Assembly: GCA_042216675.1 (NCBI GenBank) | Contig: JBDGTS010000055.1 | Coordinates: 1 to 39,032 of the forward strand | Origin: Halobacteriaceae archaeon | GTDB taxonomy: Archaea > Halobacteriota > Halobacteria > Halobacteriales > Halobacteriaceae | DNA: 39,032 nucleotides | Reading direction: 5' to 3' | Shown here: piece after piece, positions 9,557 through 18,337 of the stretch | Position numbering within the stretch: position 1 is the first letter of the stretch | Layout of the letters: every line of letters starts with the position of its first letter | Notes under the pieces: generated by a model | Told to the model about the DNA's origin: nothing | Databases searched by the model: none | Seen by the model: only the letters and a program-made list of their open reading frames with translations | Made by a program: the position numbers and the translations under genes

Positions 9557-10957
9557 ATGGTACTCGACGACCTCGGGAGTTCGCTGCGGGGGACCTTAGA
9601 CAGCCTCCGCGGCAAGTCCCGCATCAGCGAGGACGACGTCGAGGACATCGTCAAGGAGATTCAGCGCTCCCTGCTGAGCGCTGACGTCGACGTGTCGCTG
9701 GTGATGGATCTCTCGGACAGCATCAAGGAGCGAGCGCTGGAGGAGGAACCGCCCGCCGGCACCAGCGCGCGGGACCACGTCCTCCGCATCGTGTACGAGG
9801 AACTGGTCGACCTCGTCGGCGAGTCGACCGACATCCCCCTCGAAGAGCAGACGATCATGCTCGCCGGCCTGCAGGGGTCGGGGAAGACGACCACCGCCGC
9901 CAAGATGGCGTGGTGGTTCTCGAAGAAGGGGCTTCGCCCCGCCGTCATCCAGACGGACACCTTCCGCCCCGGTGCCTACGATCAGGCAAAGGAGATGACC
10001 GAGCGGGCGGAAGCGGCGTTCTACGGCGACCCGGACGAGGACGACCCGGTGAAAATCGCCCGCGAGGGCCTCGAAGCCACGGCCGACGCCGACGTCCACA
10101 TCGTGGACACGGCGGGCCGCCACGCCCTCGAAGACGACCTCATCGACGAAATCGAGGACATCGAGGGCGTCGTCGAACCCGACCGGAGTCTGCTGGTCCT
10201 CGACGCCGCAATCGGGCAGGGCGCGAAGGACCAAGCCCAGCGTTTCGAGGAGGCCATCGGCATCGACGGCGTCGTCATCACGAAACTCGACGGGACGGCG
10301 AAAGGTGGCGGCGCGCTCACCGCCGTCAACGAGACTGGCTCGACCATCGCCTTCCTCGGGAGCGGCGAGACGGTGCAGGACATCGAGCGCTTCGAACCCG
10401 ACGGCTTCATCTCCCGCCTGCTCGGGATGGGCGACCTCAAGCAACTCACCGAGCGGGTCGAGCGGGCGATGGAGGAGACCCAAGAGGAGGCCGAGGACTG
10501 GGACCCCGAGGACCTGCTGGAGGGCGAGTTCACGCTGAAGGACATGCGCCGGCAGATGAACGCGATGAACAAGATGGGGCCGCTCGATCAGGTGATGGAC
10601 ATGATTCCGGGGATGGGCGGCGGACTCATGGACCAACTGCCCGACGACGCGATGGACGTGACCAAAGACCGGATGGTCACCTTCGAGGTTATCATGGACG
10701 CGATGACCGAGGACGAACTGGAGAACCCCCGCTCCATCGGCGCCTCGCGGGTGCGTCGCATCGCGAAAGGGTCTGGCACCGACGAGGACACCGTGCGGGA
10801 ACTGCTCGAACAGCACCGGATGATGGCGAAGACGCTCAAGCAGTTCCAGGGCATGGGCGAGGGCGACATGGAGCGGATGATGAAACAGATGCAGGGCGGT
10901 GGCGGTGGCGGCGGCGGACTCGGCGGCATGGGCGGCGGTGGCGGACCGTTCGGCTGA
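9557..10957 (+). CDS. srp54: Signal recognition particle protein Srp54
   Basis: [33 protein letters not shown], Met-rich M domain, GGM tail. Confidence 0.97.
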   Translation: MVLDDLGSSLRGTLDSLRGKSRISEDDVEDIVKEIQRSLLSADVDVSLVMDLSDSIKERALEEEPPAGTSARDHVLRIVYEELVDLVGESTDIPLEEQTIMLAGLQGSGKTTTAAKMAWWFSKKGLRPAVIQTDTFRPGAYDQAKEMTERAEAAFYGDPDEDDPVKIAREGLEATADADVHIVDTAGRHALEDDLIDEIEDIEGVVEPDRSLLVLDAAIGQGAKDQAQRFEEAIGIDGVVITKLDGTAKGGGALTAVNETGSTIAFLGSGETVQDIERFEPDGFISRLLGMGDLKQLTERVERAMEETQEEAEDWDPEDLLEGEFTLKDMRRQMNAMNKMGPLDQVMDMIPGMGGGLMDQLPDDAMDVTKDRMVTFEVIMDAMTEDELENPRSIGASRVRRIAKGSGTDEDTVRELLEQHRMMAKTLKQFQGMGEGDMERMMKQMQGGGGGGGGLGGMGGGGGPFG

Positions 10958-11006
10958 TTTCGGACGGTTCGAAGGCTTTTCACGTGATGCGCTCTCGAAG
11001 GGCAGT

Positions 11007-11759
11007 ATGCGTACCAAACCGGTTCTGGCGATTGCCCTCGCGAGTATGCTGTTGCTCGCTGGCTGTTCGGGTCTCACCGGCTCCAGCGGCAACGGCGACG
11101 GCGCCGGCGGCGACTACCCCGCCGCGGACTCGATTACCGCTGACCAGATAGAGACGCACGCGGCCGCGCTCAACGACACGAGTTTCACGACCGAAATCAA
11201 CGTCACGCAGGGCGGCCAAACGGTGTCCTCGGCCACGGTGCTCGTGGACCGCACGGACGACCAGTATCTCCAGCGCTCGACGAGTGCCTTCGGCAACTCG
11301 ACGCTGTACACCGCGGGGAACACCTCCTACCAGCGGAGCCAGTACGGCAACCAGACGCAGGTGGCCCGCACCGACCGGAGCGTGAACGTCACCGCCGCGG
11401 TGCGCGGGAGCAGCACGCTCGAAATCTTCATCTCGCACAACGTCACCTACGAGCAGGTGGGTACCGAGACGTTCGACGGCGACGAAGTGATGCGCTACGA
11501 GGCCGAGGGCGTCGACAAACTGAGCGAGGAGTTCCGCAACTCCACGGGCGAGAACCTCACGGTCACCGACTTCTCCGCCACCCTCCTCCTCGACGGCGAG
11601 GGACGGGTCCGGAAGTTCAGCGCCGACTTCAGCTTCACGCGGAACGGTGAGACGAGCAACACGACGTTCGTGACGACGGTGACCGACGTGGGGAGCACCG
11701 ACGTCGAAGAGCCGGACTGGGTGTCGCAGGCGAACGCGACGACCCAAACGCAGTCCTGA
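11007..11759 (+). CDS. Secreted lipoprotein, probably heavily N-glycosylated
   Basis: MRTKPVLAIALASMLLLAGC lipobox; C-terminal DVGSTDVEEPDWV pattern; 11 N-x-S/T sequons. Confidence 0.85.
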   Translation: MRTKPVLAIALASMLLLAGCSGLTGSSGNGDGAGGDYPAADSITADQIETHAAALNDTSFTTEINVTQGGQTVSSATVLVDRTDDQYLQRSTSAFGNSTLYTAGNTSYQRSQYGNQTQVARTDRSVNVTAAVRGSSTLEIFISHNVTYEQVGTETFDGDEVMRYEAEGVDKLSEEFRNSTGENLTVTDFSATLLLDGEGRVRKFSADFSFTRNGETSNTTFVTTVTDVGSTDVEEPDWVSQANATTQTQS

Positions 11760-11805
11760 CGACACCGGGAAGTTTTCACCCGTCGACGGATAGATTCCGA
11801 GGAGA

Positions 11806-12981
11806 ATGCGGAGGCTCCAGCGCTACGATGCCCTCGCCCTGACGGCGGGGCTGTGGTTTCTCGCGAAGTTCCTCCGCTACCTGTTTCCGCCGCTGTTCCC
11901 GACGTTCAGGGCCGAGTTCGGCGTCTCGACGAGTACCTTCGGGCTGGCGTTCAGCGCCCTGATGGTGGGCTACGCGCTCCTCCAGTTCCCGTCGGGGGCG
12001 CTCGCGGACCGTCTCGGCGGCGTGCGCGTCATCACCGCCGGCGTCGTCGTCTCCTCGGCGGGCGCGGCCCTCGTCGCCGTCGCGGACGGCCTCGGGGTCG
12101 TCGTCGTCGGGATGCTCCTCGTCGGCGTCGGCACCGGCGCCCACAAGACGGTGGCCGTCGCGCTGATGGCGGCGGTGTACCCCGACAGCACGGGCCGCGC
12201 ACTCGGCGCGATGGACACCCTCGGCGCGTTCGGGGGCGTCGGCGCGTCCGCGGCCATGGTCGTCATCGCGGCGCTGGGGCACGGCAGTTGGCGCCTCGCG
12301 TTCGCGGGCGGCGCCGTCGTGGGCCTCCTCGGCGCGGCCCTGTTCGCCCGGCGGGTCCCCACTCGCGTCCCCGAGGGCGCGACGGACGGCGAGACGCCGG
12401 ACGTGCGGCGCTACCTCGCGCGCCTCCGCGACCCGGCCTTCGGGGCGTTCGTCGCGGCCACCGTCCTCTCCTCGCTGGCGTACAACGGCGCGCTCTCCTT
12501 TCTACCGTACTACCTCGGCGCCGTCGGCCTCGCCGAGCCGACGGCGAACGCGCTCTACGGCGCCCTGTTCGTCGTGAGCGTCGTCCAGCCGGTGACGGGC
12601 GAGGCGAGCGACCGGTTCGGGACGCTCCGCGTCGCGGTGGCGACGCTCGGCCTGACGACGCTGGGTCTCGTCGGCCTGCTCGTCGGGTCGGGCGTGCTGG
12701 CACTCGGTGCGGCCGTCGTCGCTCTCGGCGCGGGCGCACACGGCTTCCGGCCGGTCCGGGGCGCGTACCTCGTCCGGGTCGCCCCCGCGGGCGGCGCGGG
12801 CGGGAGCCTCGGCGTCGTCCGCACGGTGTTGATGGCCGCTGGCGCCGCCGCACCGGCGCTCGTGGGCCTCGTCACCGACGCCGCCGGGCCTCGCGCGGGG
12901 TTCGGCCTGCTGGCGGCGTCCGCGGCGGGGGCGCTCACGCTCGTCGGCGCCCTCACCCACTGGGAGGACGGGGGTTTTTAG
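11806..12981 (+). CDS. MFS transporter
   Basis: ~12 hydrophobic segments; MFS motif A GALADRLG and GEASDRFG. Confidence 0.9.
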   Translation: MRRLQRYDALALTAGLWFLAKFLRYLFPPLFPTFRAEFGVSTSTFGLAFSALMVGYALLQFPSGALADRLGGVRVITAGVVVSSAGAALVAVADGLGVVVVGMLLVGVGTGAHKTVAVALMAAVYPDSTGRALGAMDTLGAFGGVGASAAMVVIAALGHGSWRLAFAGGAVVGLLGAALFARRVPTRVPEGATDGETPDVRRYLARLRDPAFGAFVAATVLSSLAYNGALSFLPYYLGAVGLAEPTANALYGALFVVSVVQPVTGEASDRFGTLRVAVATLGLTTLGLVGLLVGSGVLALGAAVVALGAGAHGFRPVRGAYLVRVAPAGGAGGSLGVVRTVLMAAGAAAPALVGLVTDAAGPRAGFGLLAASAAGALTLVGALTHWEDGGF

Positions 12982-13005
12982 GGCGCCTGAGAGAATCGGG
13001 GAGCC

Positions 13006-14088
13006 ATGACACACACTGCCGCCGTCATCGGCACCGGCCCCGAACCGGAGAACCCCGTCTGGGGCGAGAGCGCAGCGATGGCGTACCAGCACGCCCCCGG
13101 GTACGAGCGGCGCGACGACGTCGAACTCGCGGCCTGTGCGGACCTCGTGCGCGAGAACGCTCTCGCCTTCGCCGACGAGTTCGACATCAGCGAGGACCAC
13201 GTCTTCGAGGACTACGAGGAGATGCTCCGCGAGGTGGAGCCGGACGTGGTGAGCGTCTGTACGCCCGTTCCGACCCACGCACCAATCGTCCTCGACTGCA
13301 TCCACAGCGGCGTGCCCGACGCCGTCCACTGCGAGAAGCCGATGGCGACACGGTGGGAGGACGCCCGCCTGATGGCACAGGAGGCCGACCGCTGGGACGT
13401 CCAACTCACGTTCAACCACCAGCGCCGCTTCGAACCGCGCTGGCGCCGCCCGAAGGAACTGCTCGACGACGGCGAAATCGGCGACCTGAAGCGACTGGAG
13501 GTGTCCGCGAAGACCCTGCTGGACAACGCGACGCACTTCATCGACCTCGCGAACTTCTACAACGACGAACGGCCGGCGGAGTGGGTTCTGGGCCAACTCG
13601 ACTACCGCGAGGAGCACGTGAAGTACGGCGCGCACAACGCCAACCAGACGCTCGCGCTCTGGGGCTACCCCAACGGCGTCGAGGGGATGGCCATCACGGG
13701 CCACGGCACCGAAACGGTGGGCGCGTCGAACCGCCTCGTCGGCACCGAGGGCGTCATCGAGGTGAACCCCACGGACGCCGACGCGGCGGCGCGCATCCGC
13801 CGCGCCGGAGACGAGGAGTGGACGGCCCTCGACGTGGAGACGGAGGCGGGGTGGGGCGGAAGCATCGTCGCGGCCATCGACCACGTCGTCGACTGCCTCG
13901 ACGCCGGCGAGGAGCCGGAGCTGTCGGCGCGACGGGCGCTCAACGTCACCGAACTCATCTTCGGCACCTACGAGTCCTCGCGACGGCGGGGGCGCGTGGA
14001 CCTGCCGCTCAGAACTGACGGCAACGCCCTCGAAGAGATGGTCGAGTCGGGCGAGTTGAACCCGCGGACCCCCGAGGATAACAGTTAG
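13006..14088 (+). CDS. Gfo/Idh/MocA family oxidoreductase
   Basis: VIGTG Rossmann start, VSVCTP, CEKPMA, NHQRRF motifs. Confidence 0.9.
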   Translation: MTHTAAVIGTGPEPENPVWGESAAMAYQHAPGYERRDDVELAACADLVRENALAFADEFDISEDHVFEDYEEMLREVEPDVVSVCTPVPTHAPIVLDCIHSGVPDAVHCEKPMATRWEDARLMAQEADRWDVQLTFNHQRRFEPRWRRPKELLDDGEIGDLKRLEVSAKTLLDNATHFIDLANFYNDERPAEWVLGQLDYREEHVKYGAHNANQTLALWGYPNGVEGMAITGHGTETVGASNRLVGTEGVIEVNPTDADAAARIRRAGDEEWTALDVETEAGWGGSIVAAIDHVVDCLDAGEEPELSARRALNVTELIFGTYESSRRRGRVDLPLRTDGNALEEMVESGELNPRTPEDNS

Positions 14089-14113
14089 GTCGCTCGGGTC
14101 AGTCGGGTGAGCG

Positions 14114-14335
14114 GTGTCACGCATCCGGGGACGGCTCTCGCTGGTCGCCTACCCGTTCGTCGCCGTCGCCCTCGTCGGGGTGGCGACGACGCTCGTCTCG
14201 TCGTCCCTCCTGCTCCGCGGGCCCTTTTTCGACGGCCCGCGACTGCAGTCACTGGCGGTGCTGTACGCCGTCGGCGGCTTCATGGGCGGCATCATCGTCG
14301 CGTCGTGGGCGGGAAGCCGCGCCGCGCGCTTGTAA
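14114..14335 (+). CDS. Small hypothetical membrane protein
   Basis: 73-aa ORF with two hydrophobic helices; exactly fills the gap up to the convergent gene. Confidence 0.5.
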   Translation: MSRIRGRLSLVAYPFVAVALVGVATTLVSSSLLLRGPFFDGPRLQSLAVLYAVGGFMGGIIVASWAGSRAARL

Positions 14336-14758
14336 TCACTCCGTCGCCGGGTCCTCGATGGGGTTCCCTTCGGCGTCCGTCTCGGGCGCGAGGTAGTCGA
14401 TGAACTCCTCGACGGTGGGGTCCTCGACGGTGACGGTGACGCGCACGTCGCCGAGTTCGGCCGGGTTGCCCACCGAGAAGTTGACCACGTCGTGGCGGGC
14501 AGCCTGCTTCTTCAACTCGAACGCGAAGCCGTCGGCGGTCCGCCGGTCGAAGAACACCGAGCGCGCGGTGTCGAGGATGCGCTGTTCGCGGAGTCGCTCG
14601 GCGAAGTGTTCGAGCGTGTGCGTCGTCGCCTCGACGCGGTCGTCCGCGACCTCCACGTCCGCCTCGGGGAACAGTTCCGCGACGGCGACGGCGACGCGTT
14701 CGGGCACCTCCGTCTCGTTGACCGGCGCCGTCACGCGGACGGTGATGCTGTAAATCAT
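14336..14758 (-). CDS. UPF0201/DUF54 RNA-binding-domain protein
   Basis: APVNETEVPERV...LREQRILDTAR...LKKQAA pattern; coupled to the UPF0200 kinase gene. Confidence 0.85.
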   Translation of the reverse strand: MIYSITVRVTAPVNETEVPERVAVAVAELFPEADVEVADDRVEATTHTLEHFAERLREQRILDTARSVFFDRRTADGFAFELKKQAARHDVVNFSVGNPAELGDVRVTVTVEDPTVEEFIDYLAPETDAEGNPIEDPATE

Positions 14759-15315
14759 GGGTCCTCGCCCTCCGTGAGGACGGTCCGCACGCGGTCGTGA
14801 AACGCCTCCAGCGACCCCGTGTTGTCGATGACCACGTCGGCGTCGGCCATCGCCGCGTCCATCCCGAAGCCGCGCTCCCGTTCGTCGCGCTCCCGGAGCG
14901 ACTCGCCGCCGTCGGCGGCGCTCGCGTCCCGGCCTCGCTCGGTGACCCGCCGTTTGCGCGTCTCGAAGGGGGCCTCGATGGAGACGAGGCGGAAGTCGTC
15001 GCCGAACGCCGCCTCGAAGCGCTCGACTTCCACGTCGCTCCGAATCCCGTCCACGAGGACGGTGTCGGCGTCGGACTCGGCGAGGGCCTCCTCGATGACC
15101 GGCAGCGACCGCTCGGCGATGGCGGCCGGCCCGCCCTCCGCCCGGAGCGCTTGTGCCACCTCGCCGTGGTGGGTGTCGGGGTCGAGGTCCCGCTCGCGGC
15201 AGGCGGCGCGAATCACGTCGCCCATCGTCACCACGGGGACGTCGAGGTCACGGGCGACGGCCGCGGCCTCGCTCTTGCCGCTCCCGGGGAGGCCGACGAT
15301 GCCGATGACTTGCAT
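14755..15315 (-). CDS. UPF0200 P-loop kinase (archaeal dephospho-CoA kinase-like)
   Basis: MQVIGIVGLPGSGKS Walker A, MGDVIR, DGIRS, ERDERERGFG. Confidence 0.85.
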   Translation of the reverse strand: MQVIGIVGLPGSGKSEAAAVARDLDVPVVTMGDVIRAACRERDLDPDTHHGEVAQALRAEGGPAAIAERSLPVIEEALAESDADTVLVDGIRSDVEVERFEAAFGDDFRLVSIEAPFETRKRRVTERGRDASAADGGESLRERDERERGFGMDAAMADADVVIDNTGSLEAFHDRVRTVLTEGEDP

Positions 15316-15408
15316 TGGCCGGCCGTAGTGGTGAGTCGGGGTTAAGTGCTGTGTTCCCCCGCAAGCCGTCCGAACGACTTTTTGCGCCCACCCCGAAAGA
15401 ACGGGCGA

Positions 15409-15512
15409 GGGCACGTAGCTCAGTCCGGATAGAGCGTCGGACTTCTATTCCCGGTGCGCCAGCGGCGGGAGAAGACATCCGACGGTCGTGGGTTCGAATC
15501 CCACCGTGCCCG
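15409..15512 (+). tRNA. tRNA-Arg(UCU) with a 29-nt intron at canonical 37/38 (15448-15476)
   Basis: Acceptor GGGCACG/CGTGCCC, D arm GCTC/GAGC, anticodon stem TCGGA/TCCGA with CT-TCT-A, T arm GTGGG-TTCGAAT-CCCAC; strict bulge-helix-bulge at the intron ends; CCA not encoded. Confidence 0.95.
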
Positions 15513-15734
15513 TAGCGAGCGAAGCGAGCGGAGGGCACGCAGGGGATTCGAATCAGGGAGCGGGAAGTGAGCGAGCGCCGGCGAGCGAACGGGAGCGACC
15601 GTGGTTCGAATCCCACCGTGCCCGTGCAGCGTGTCGCGCGAAGCGCGACCGCGAACCGGCGCGAAATGGATTCGAACTACGCGAGACGAGCGACAGCGAG
15701 TCTCGCCATCGAGTGAGAATCCCACCGTGCCCGT
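15513..15734 (+). repeat. Two tandem tRNA-linked palindromic units, each ending in a copy of the tRNA-Arg 3' end
   Basis: GAATCCCACCGTGCCCGT at 15496-15513, 15608-15625 and 15717-15734 (periods 112 and 109 bp); inverted T-arm copies at 15543-15552 and 15668-15677. Confidence 0.9.
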
Positions 15735-15776
15735 CCACTTTTTCCTCGGTCGCTTCGCTCCCTCGCAAAAACGTGG
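15735..15776 (-). repeat. REP-like palindromic element with a GCGAAGC apex and T5/A5 arms
   Basis: Minus strand CCACGTTTTTGCGAGGGAGCGAAGCGACCGAGGAAAAAGTGG folds into a stem with tandem GA mismatches; the T5 on the plus strand may also terminate the tRNA transcript. Confidence 0.65.
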
Positions 15777-15821
15777 GGCAAAAGACCGCAGGGGCGGGAT
15801 TCGGCCGGGCGCGGTCAGTGC

Positions 15822-16679
15822 CTACACCCACCGCGAGAGCCGCGACTCGTCGGTGTTCCGGTGGACCGTCAGCACCGGCGACTCGTCCACGTCGGCCGTC
15901 ACGGCGTCCGTCGTGGACCCGAAGAGAAAGCGGCGGAGCGAGCCCTTCTCCGGCGCGCCGAGGACCGTCAGGTCGTGGTACTGGGCGTGTTCGACGATGG
16001 CCGCAGCGGGGTCAGCGCCGCGCTGAACGAGGTGGTCCACCGCCACGTCGTCGTCGAGGTGGTACTCGTAGCAGTCGAGCAGGCCCGTCGCGTCCGACTC
16101 CCGGGACTCGGAGGCGTCCTCGGGCAGGACGTGGAACAGTTCGAGCCAGCAGTCGGAGGCCCGGGCGATGGCGCCGGCCACCTGCACCGCGAGGCCGGAG
16201 TGGGGACCGCTCGCCACCGGGACGAGGATGCTCGCCGGCGACTCGAAGGTGTCCATGCCCGTGCCGACGACGGTGTGGCAGGGCGCCGAGACGCGGTCAC
16301 GTCGGCCGGAGAGGACGCCCTCCGACTCGTCGACGACGGTTGTCGTGATGCCGTGGTCGCGGACGAAGGACGCCACGGCGTCCCGGGTGCGCTCCGTCAG
16401 GTGGTCGTACGTCGGCACGTCGAACGCCGCCGTGACGGTGCGCTTGAGGCGGGCCTGCTCGTGAAGCGCCTCGGCGTGGTCGGCGTCGCCGTCGACGGTA
16501 TGGAGGAGGTAGAGGTCCCCGTCGGCGCCGAACGTGATGCTCCCGGCGAGGAGGCCCGTCTCGTCGGCGTTGAGACCCTCGTGGAACGGCACCAGCACCC
16601 GTTGGTCGCTCGACGGCCAGTCCGAGTCCGCGTGAGCGACCTGCTGGGGCCATGGCCGGTCGCCCGAGTTGATGCTCAT
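15822..16679 (-). CDS. Universal stress protein (tandem UspA domains)
   Basis: RVLVPF and SILVPVASGPHS strands; LTVLGA...RFLFGSTTDAV C-terminal Usp signature; start at MSINSG. Confidence 0.85.
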   Translation of the reverse strand: MSINSGDRPWPQQVAHADSDWPSSDQRVLVPFHEGLNADETGLLAGSITFGADGDLYLLHTVDGDADHAEALHEQARLKRTVTAAFDVPTYDHLTERTRDAVASFVRDHGITTTVVDESEGVLSGRRDRVSAPCHTVVGTGMDTFESPASILVPVASGPHSGLAVQVAGAIARASDCWLELFHVLPEDASESRESDATGLLDCYEYHLDDDVAVDHLVQRGADPAAAIVEHAQYHDLTVLGAPEKGSLRRFLFGSTTDAVTADVDESPVLTVHRNTDESRLSRWV

Positions 16680-16757
16680 CGTCGCCACCGTCACCGGCGG
16701 GATACAAAAACCCTCGCGCACCGACCGCGACGGGCGCTCGGGGGCGGGGAGCAGTCG

Positions 16758-16907
16758 TTACATCAGGCCCTTCACGTCGTCGAACTCCGTGCGGCAGAAA
16801 GGACAGCAGTATGTCGTCTGGAACCCGGTGGTCTGGGCCACGGTCCGTGTCTCCAGCTGGTGCATAGCAATACTGCGCTGACAGTCAGGACAGTCGACCC
16901 GCGGCAT
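16758..16907 (-). CDS. Small CPxCG-related zinc-finger protein (49 aa)
   Basis: MPRVDCPDC...YCCPFC; TTTAAG TATA-like box ~25-30 bp upstream of the ATG at 16907. Confidence 0.75.
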   Translation of the reverse strand: MPRVDCPDCQRSIAMHQLETRTVAQTTGFQTTYCCPFCRTEFDDVKGLM

Positions 16908-17001
16908 ATGCAACCCATACCCACACAATACCTTAAATCTCGCGCTTCCCCGACAGAGGCGTGCTAACACGGCGCATTCAGGACGAGTTCCCGCGAGAAG
17001 C

Positions 17002-18087
17002 CTACTCCTCGAATCCGTCCTCGAACCGGAAGGTCCCGTCTCGCTGAACGACCGCTCCGTCGACTTCGATGTAGGAGTCCTCGCTCATGTCACAGATCAT
17101 GTCGACGTGGACCGCGCTCTCGTTCTGTGCGTTGCCCTCGCCGACGGTGTCCTCGTAGGCGCGGCCCAGCGCCATGTGGACGGTGTCGCCCATCTTCTCG
17201 TCGAACAGCATGTTGTACGTGAAGCGGTCGATGTCGCGGTTCATCCCGATGCCGAGTTCGCCGAGGCGGCGGGCGCCGTCGTCGGTGTTCAGGACCTCGG
17301 TCAGCACGTCCTCGTTCTTCGCGGCGCTGTGGTCGACGACTTCGCCGTCCTCGAATTCGAGGTGGACGTCGATGACCTCGCGGCCCTGATGGTAGAGGGG
17401 CTTGTCGAAGAGGACTTCACCTTCCACGGAGTCGGGTACGGGAGCGGTGAACACCTCGCCGCCGGGGAGGTTGTGCTCGCCGTAGTCGTTCTGGGTGGGA
17501 TTGCCGTCCACGGAGAGCGTCACGTCGGTGGTGTCGCCGGAGACGATGCGCACCTCGTCGGCGGGGTCCAGAATCTCGACCATCTGGGCCTGATGCTCGC
17601 GAACCGCCGCCCAGTCCTTGTTGACGGCGTCCCAGACGAAGTTCTCGTAGCCCTCGGTACTCATCTCCGCGAGTTGGGCGTTCGCGGGCGCGGGGAACTG
17701 CGTGAGACACCAGCGCTTCGAGAGGCGTTCGTTGAGGACCGGCCGCATCGCCTTCGAGTGAGCGCTGTTGGTCGCGGGGTCCACGTCGCCCGTCTCGGTG
17801 ACGTTGTCGTTGGCGCGGATGGCGACGTAGGCGTCCATCTCCTCCGCGAGGGCGAGGTGGTGGTCGGGCGTCTCGAACTCGTCGCGCGCCCGGAGGAACG
17901 CGCGTTGCGCGCGGTCCGAGGAGAGCATCCCGAGCGGGTTCGCGCCCGCGTCGCCGATGGCCTCGTAGAGGGCGACGACGAGGTCCTCGGCGGCGGGCGG
18001 TGCGACGACCACCACGTCGTCGCCGGCTTCGAGGTCGATGGAGTGTTCGACGACGATCTGCGCGTGTTCGCGAATCCGTGGGTCCAT
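17002..18087 (-). CDS. Aminopeptidase, M29 (AmpS/PepS) family
   Basis: NLPGGEVFTAP, LGELGIG, LFDEKMGDTVHMALG, SAVHVDMI motifs. Confidence 0.93.
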   Translation of the reverse strand: MDPRIREHAQIVVEHSIDLEAGDDVVVVAPPAAEDLVVALYEAIGDAGANPLGMLSSDRAQRAFLRARDEFETPDHHLALAEEMDAYVAIRANDNVTETGDVDPATNSAHSKAMRPVLNERLSKRWCLTQFPAPANAQLAEMSTEGYENFVWDAVNKDWAAVREHQAQMVEILDPADEVRIVSGDTTDVTLSVDGNPTQNDYGEHNLPGGEVFTAPVPDSVEGEVLFDKPLYHQGREVIDVHLEFEDGEVVDHSAAKNEDVLTEVLNTDDGARRLGELGIGMNRDIDRFTYNMLFDEKMGDTVHMALGRAYEDTVGEGNAQNESAVHVDMICDMSEDSYIEVDGAVVQRDGTFRFEDGFEE

Positions 18088-18127
18088 ACCCACCCTTCGG
18101 TCGGTCGCCCCAAACCGCTTTCGAGCG

Positions 18128-18256
18128 CTACTCCTTGCCGCGTTCGACGCCCTCCTTGAAGCCGAGGAGGGTGCGCCGGAGGAGCAGGAAGGCGAAGAAG
18201 AATATCAGAGCGAGGACGCCGAGCAACAGCAGAAACACGGGGTCGTCGGGAATCAT
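18128..18256 (-). CDS. Small single-pass membrane protein (42 aa, not in the ORF track)
   Basis: Manual translation MIPDDPVFLLLLGVLALIFFFAFLLLRRTLLGFKEGVERGKE*; fills the gap between the aminopeptidase and regulator genes. Confidence 0.7.
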   Translation of the reverse strand: MIPDDPVFLLLLGVLALIFFFAFLLLRRTLLGFKEGVERGKE

Positions 18257-18337
18257 GGGGGTGGCTTCCTCGGCCGGGAGCAAAGGCGTTTCGCCGGCGG
18301 ATAAGGTTCATACCGTTCGGCGTCGTATCGCCGTCAA

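Noticed and set aside
10890-10957. GGC-rich microsatellite-like tract
   Set aside because: Encodes the usual Gly/Met tail of Srp54.
15491-15734. Mini-CRISPR array (three repeats at ~110-bp period)
   Set aside because: The repeat is the tRNA 3' end, the ~90-bp spacers share structure with each other, and there are no cas genes.
15248-16348. ORFs spanning the tRNA and repeats (e.g. 15248-15616, 15420-15725, 15488-16348)
   Set aside because: Translations of tRNA and repeat sequence; Arg/Ser-rich and unlike acidic haloarchaeal proteins.
15491-17000. Integrated provirus or island at tRNA-Arg with attL/attR
   Set aside because: No integrase and no distal copy of the tRNA 3' end in the window; the duplications are only ~110 bp apart.
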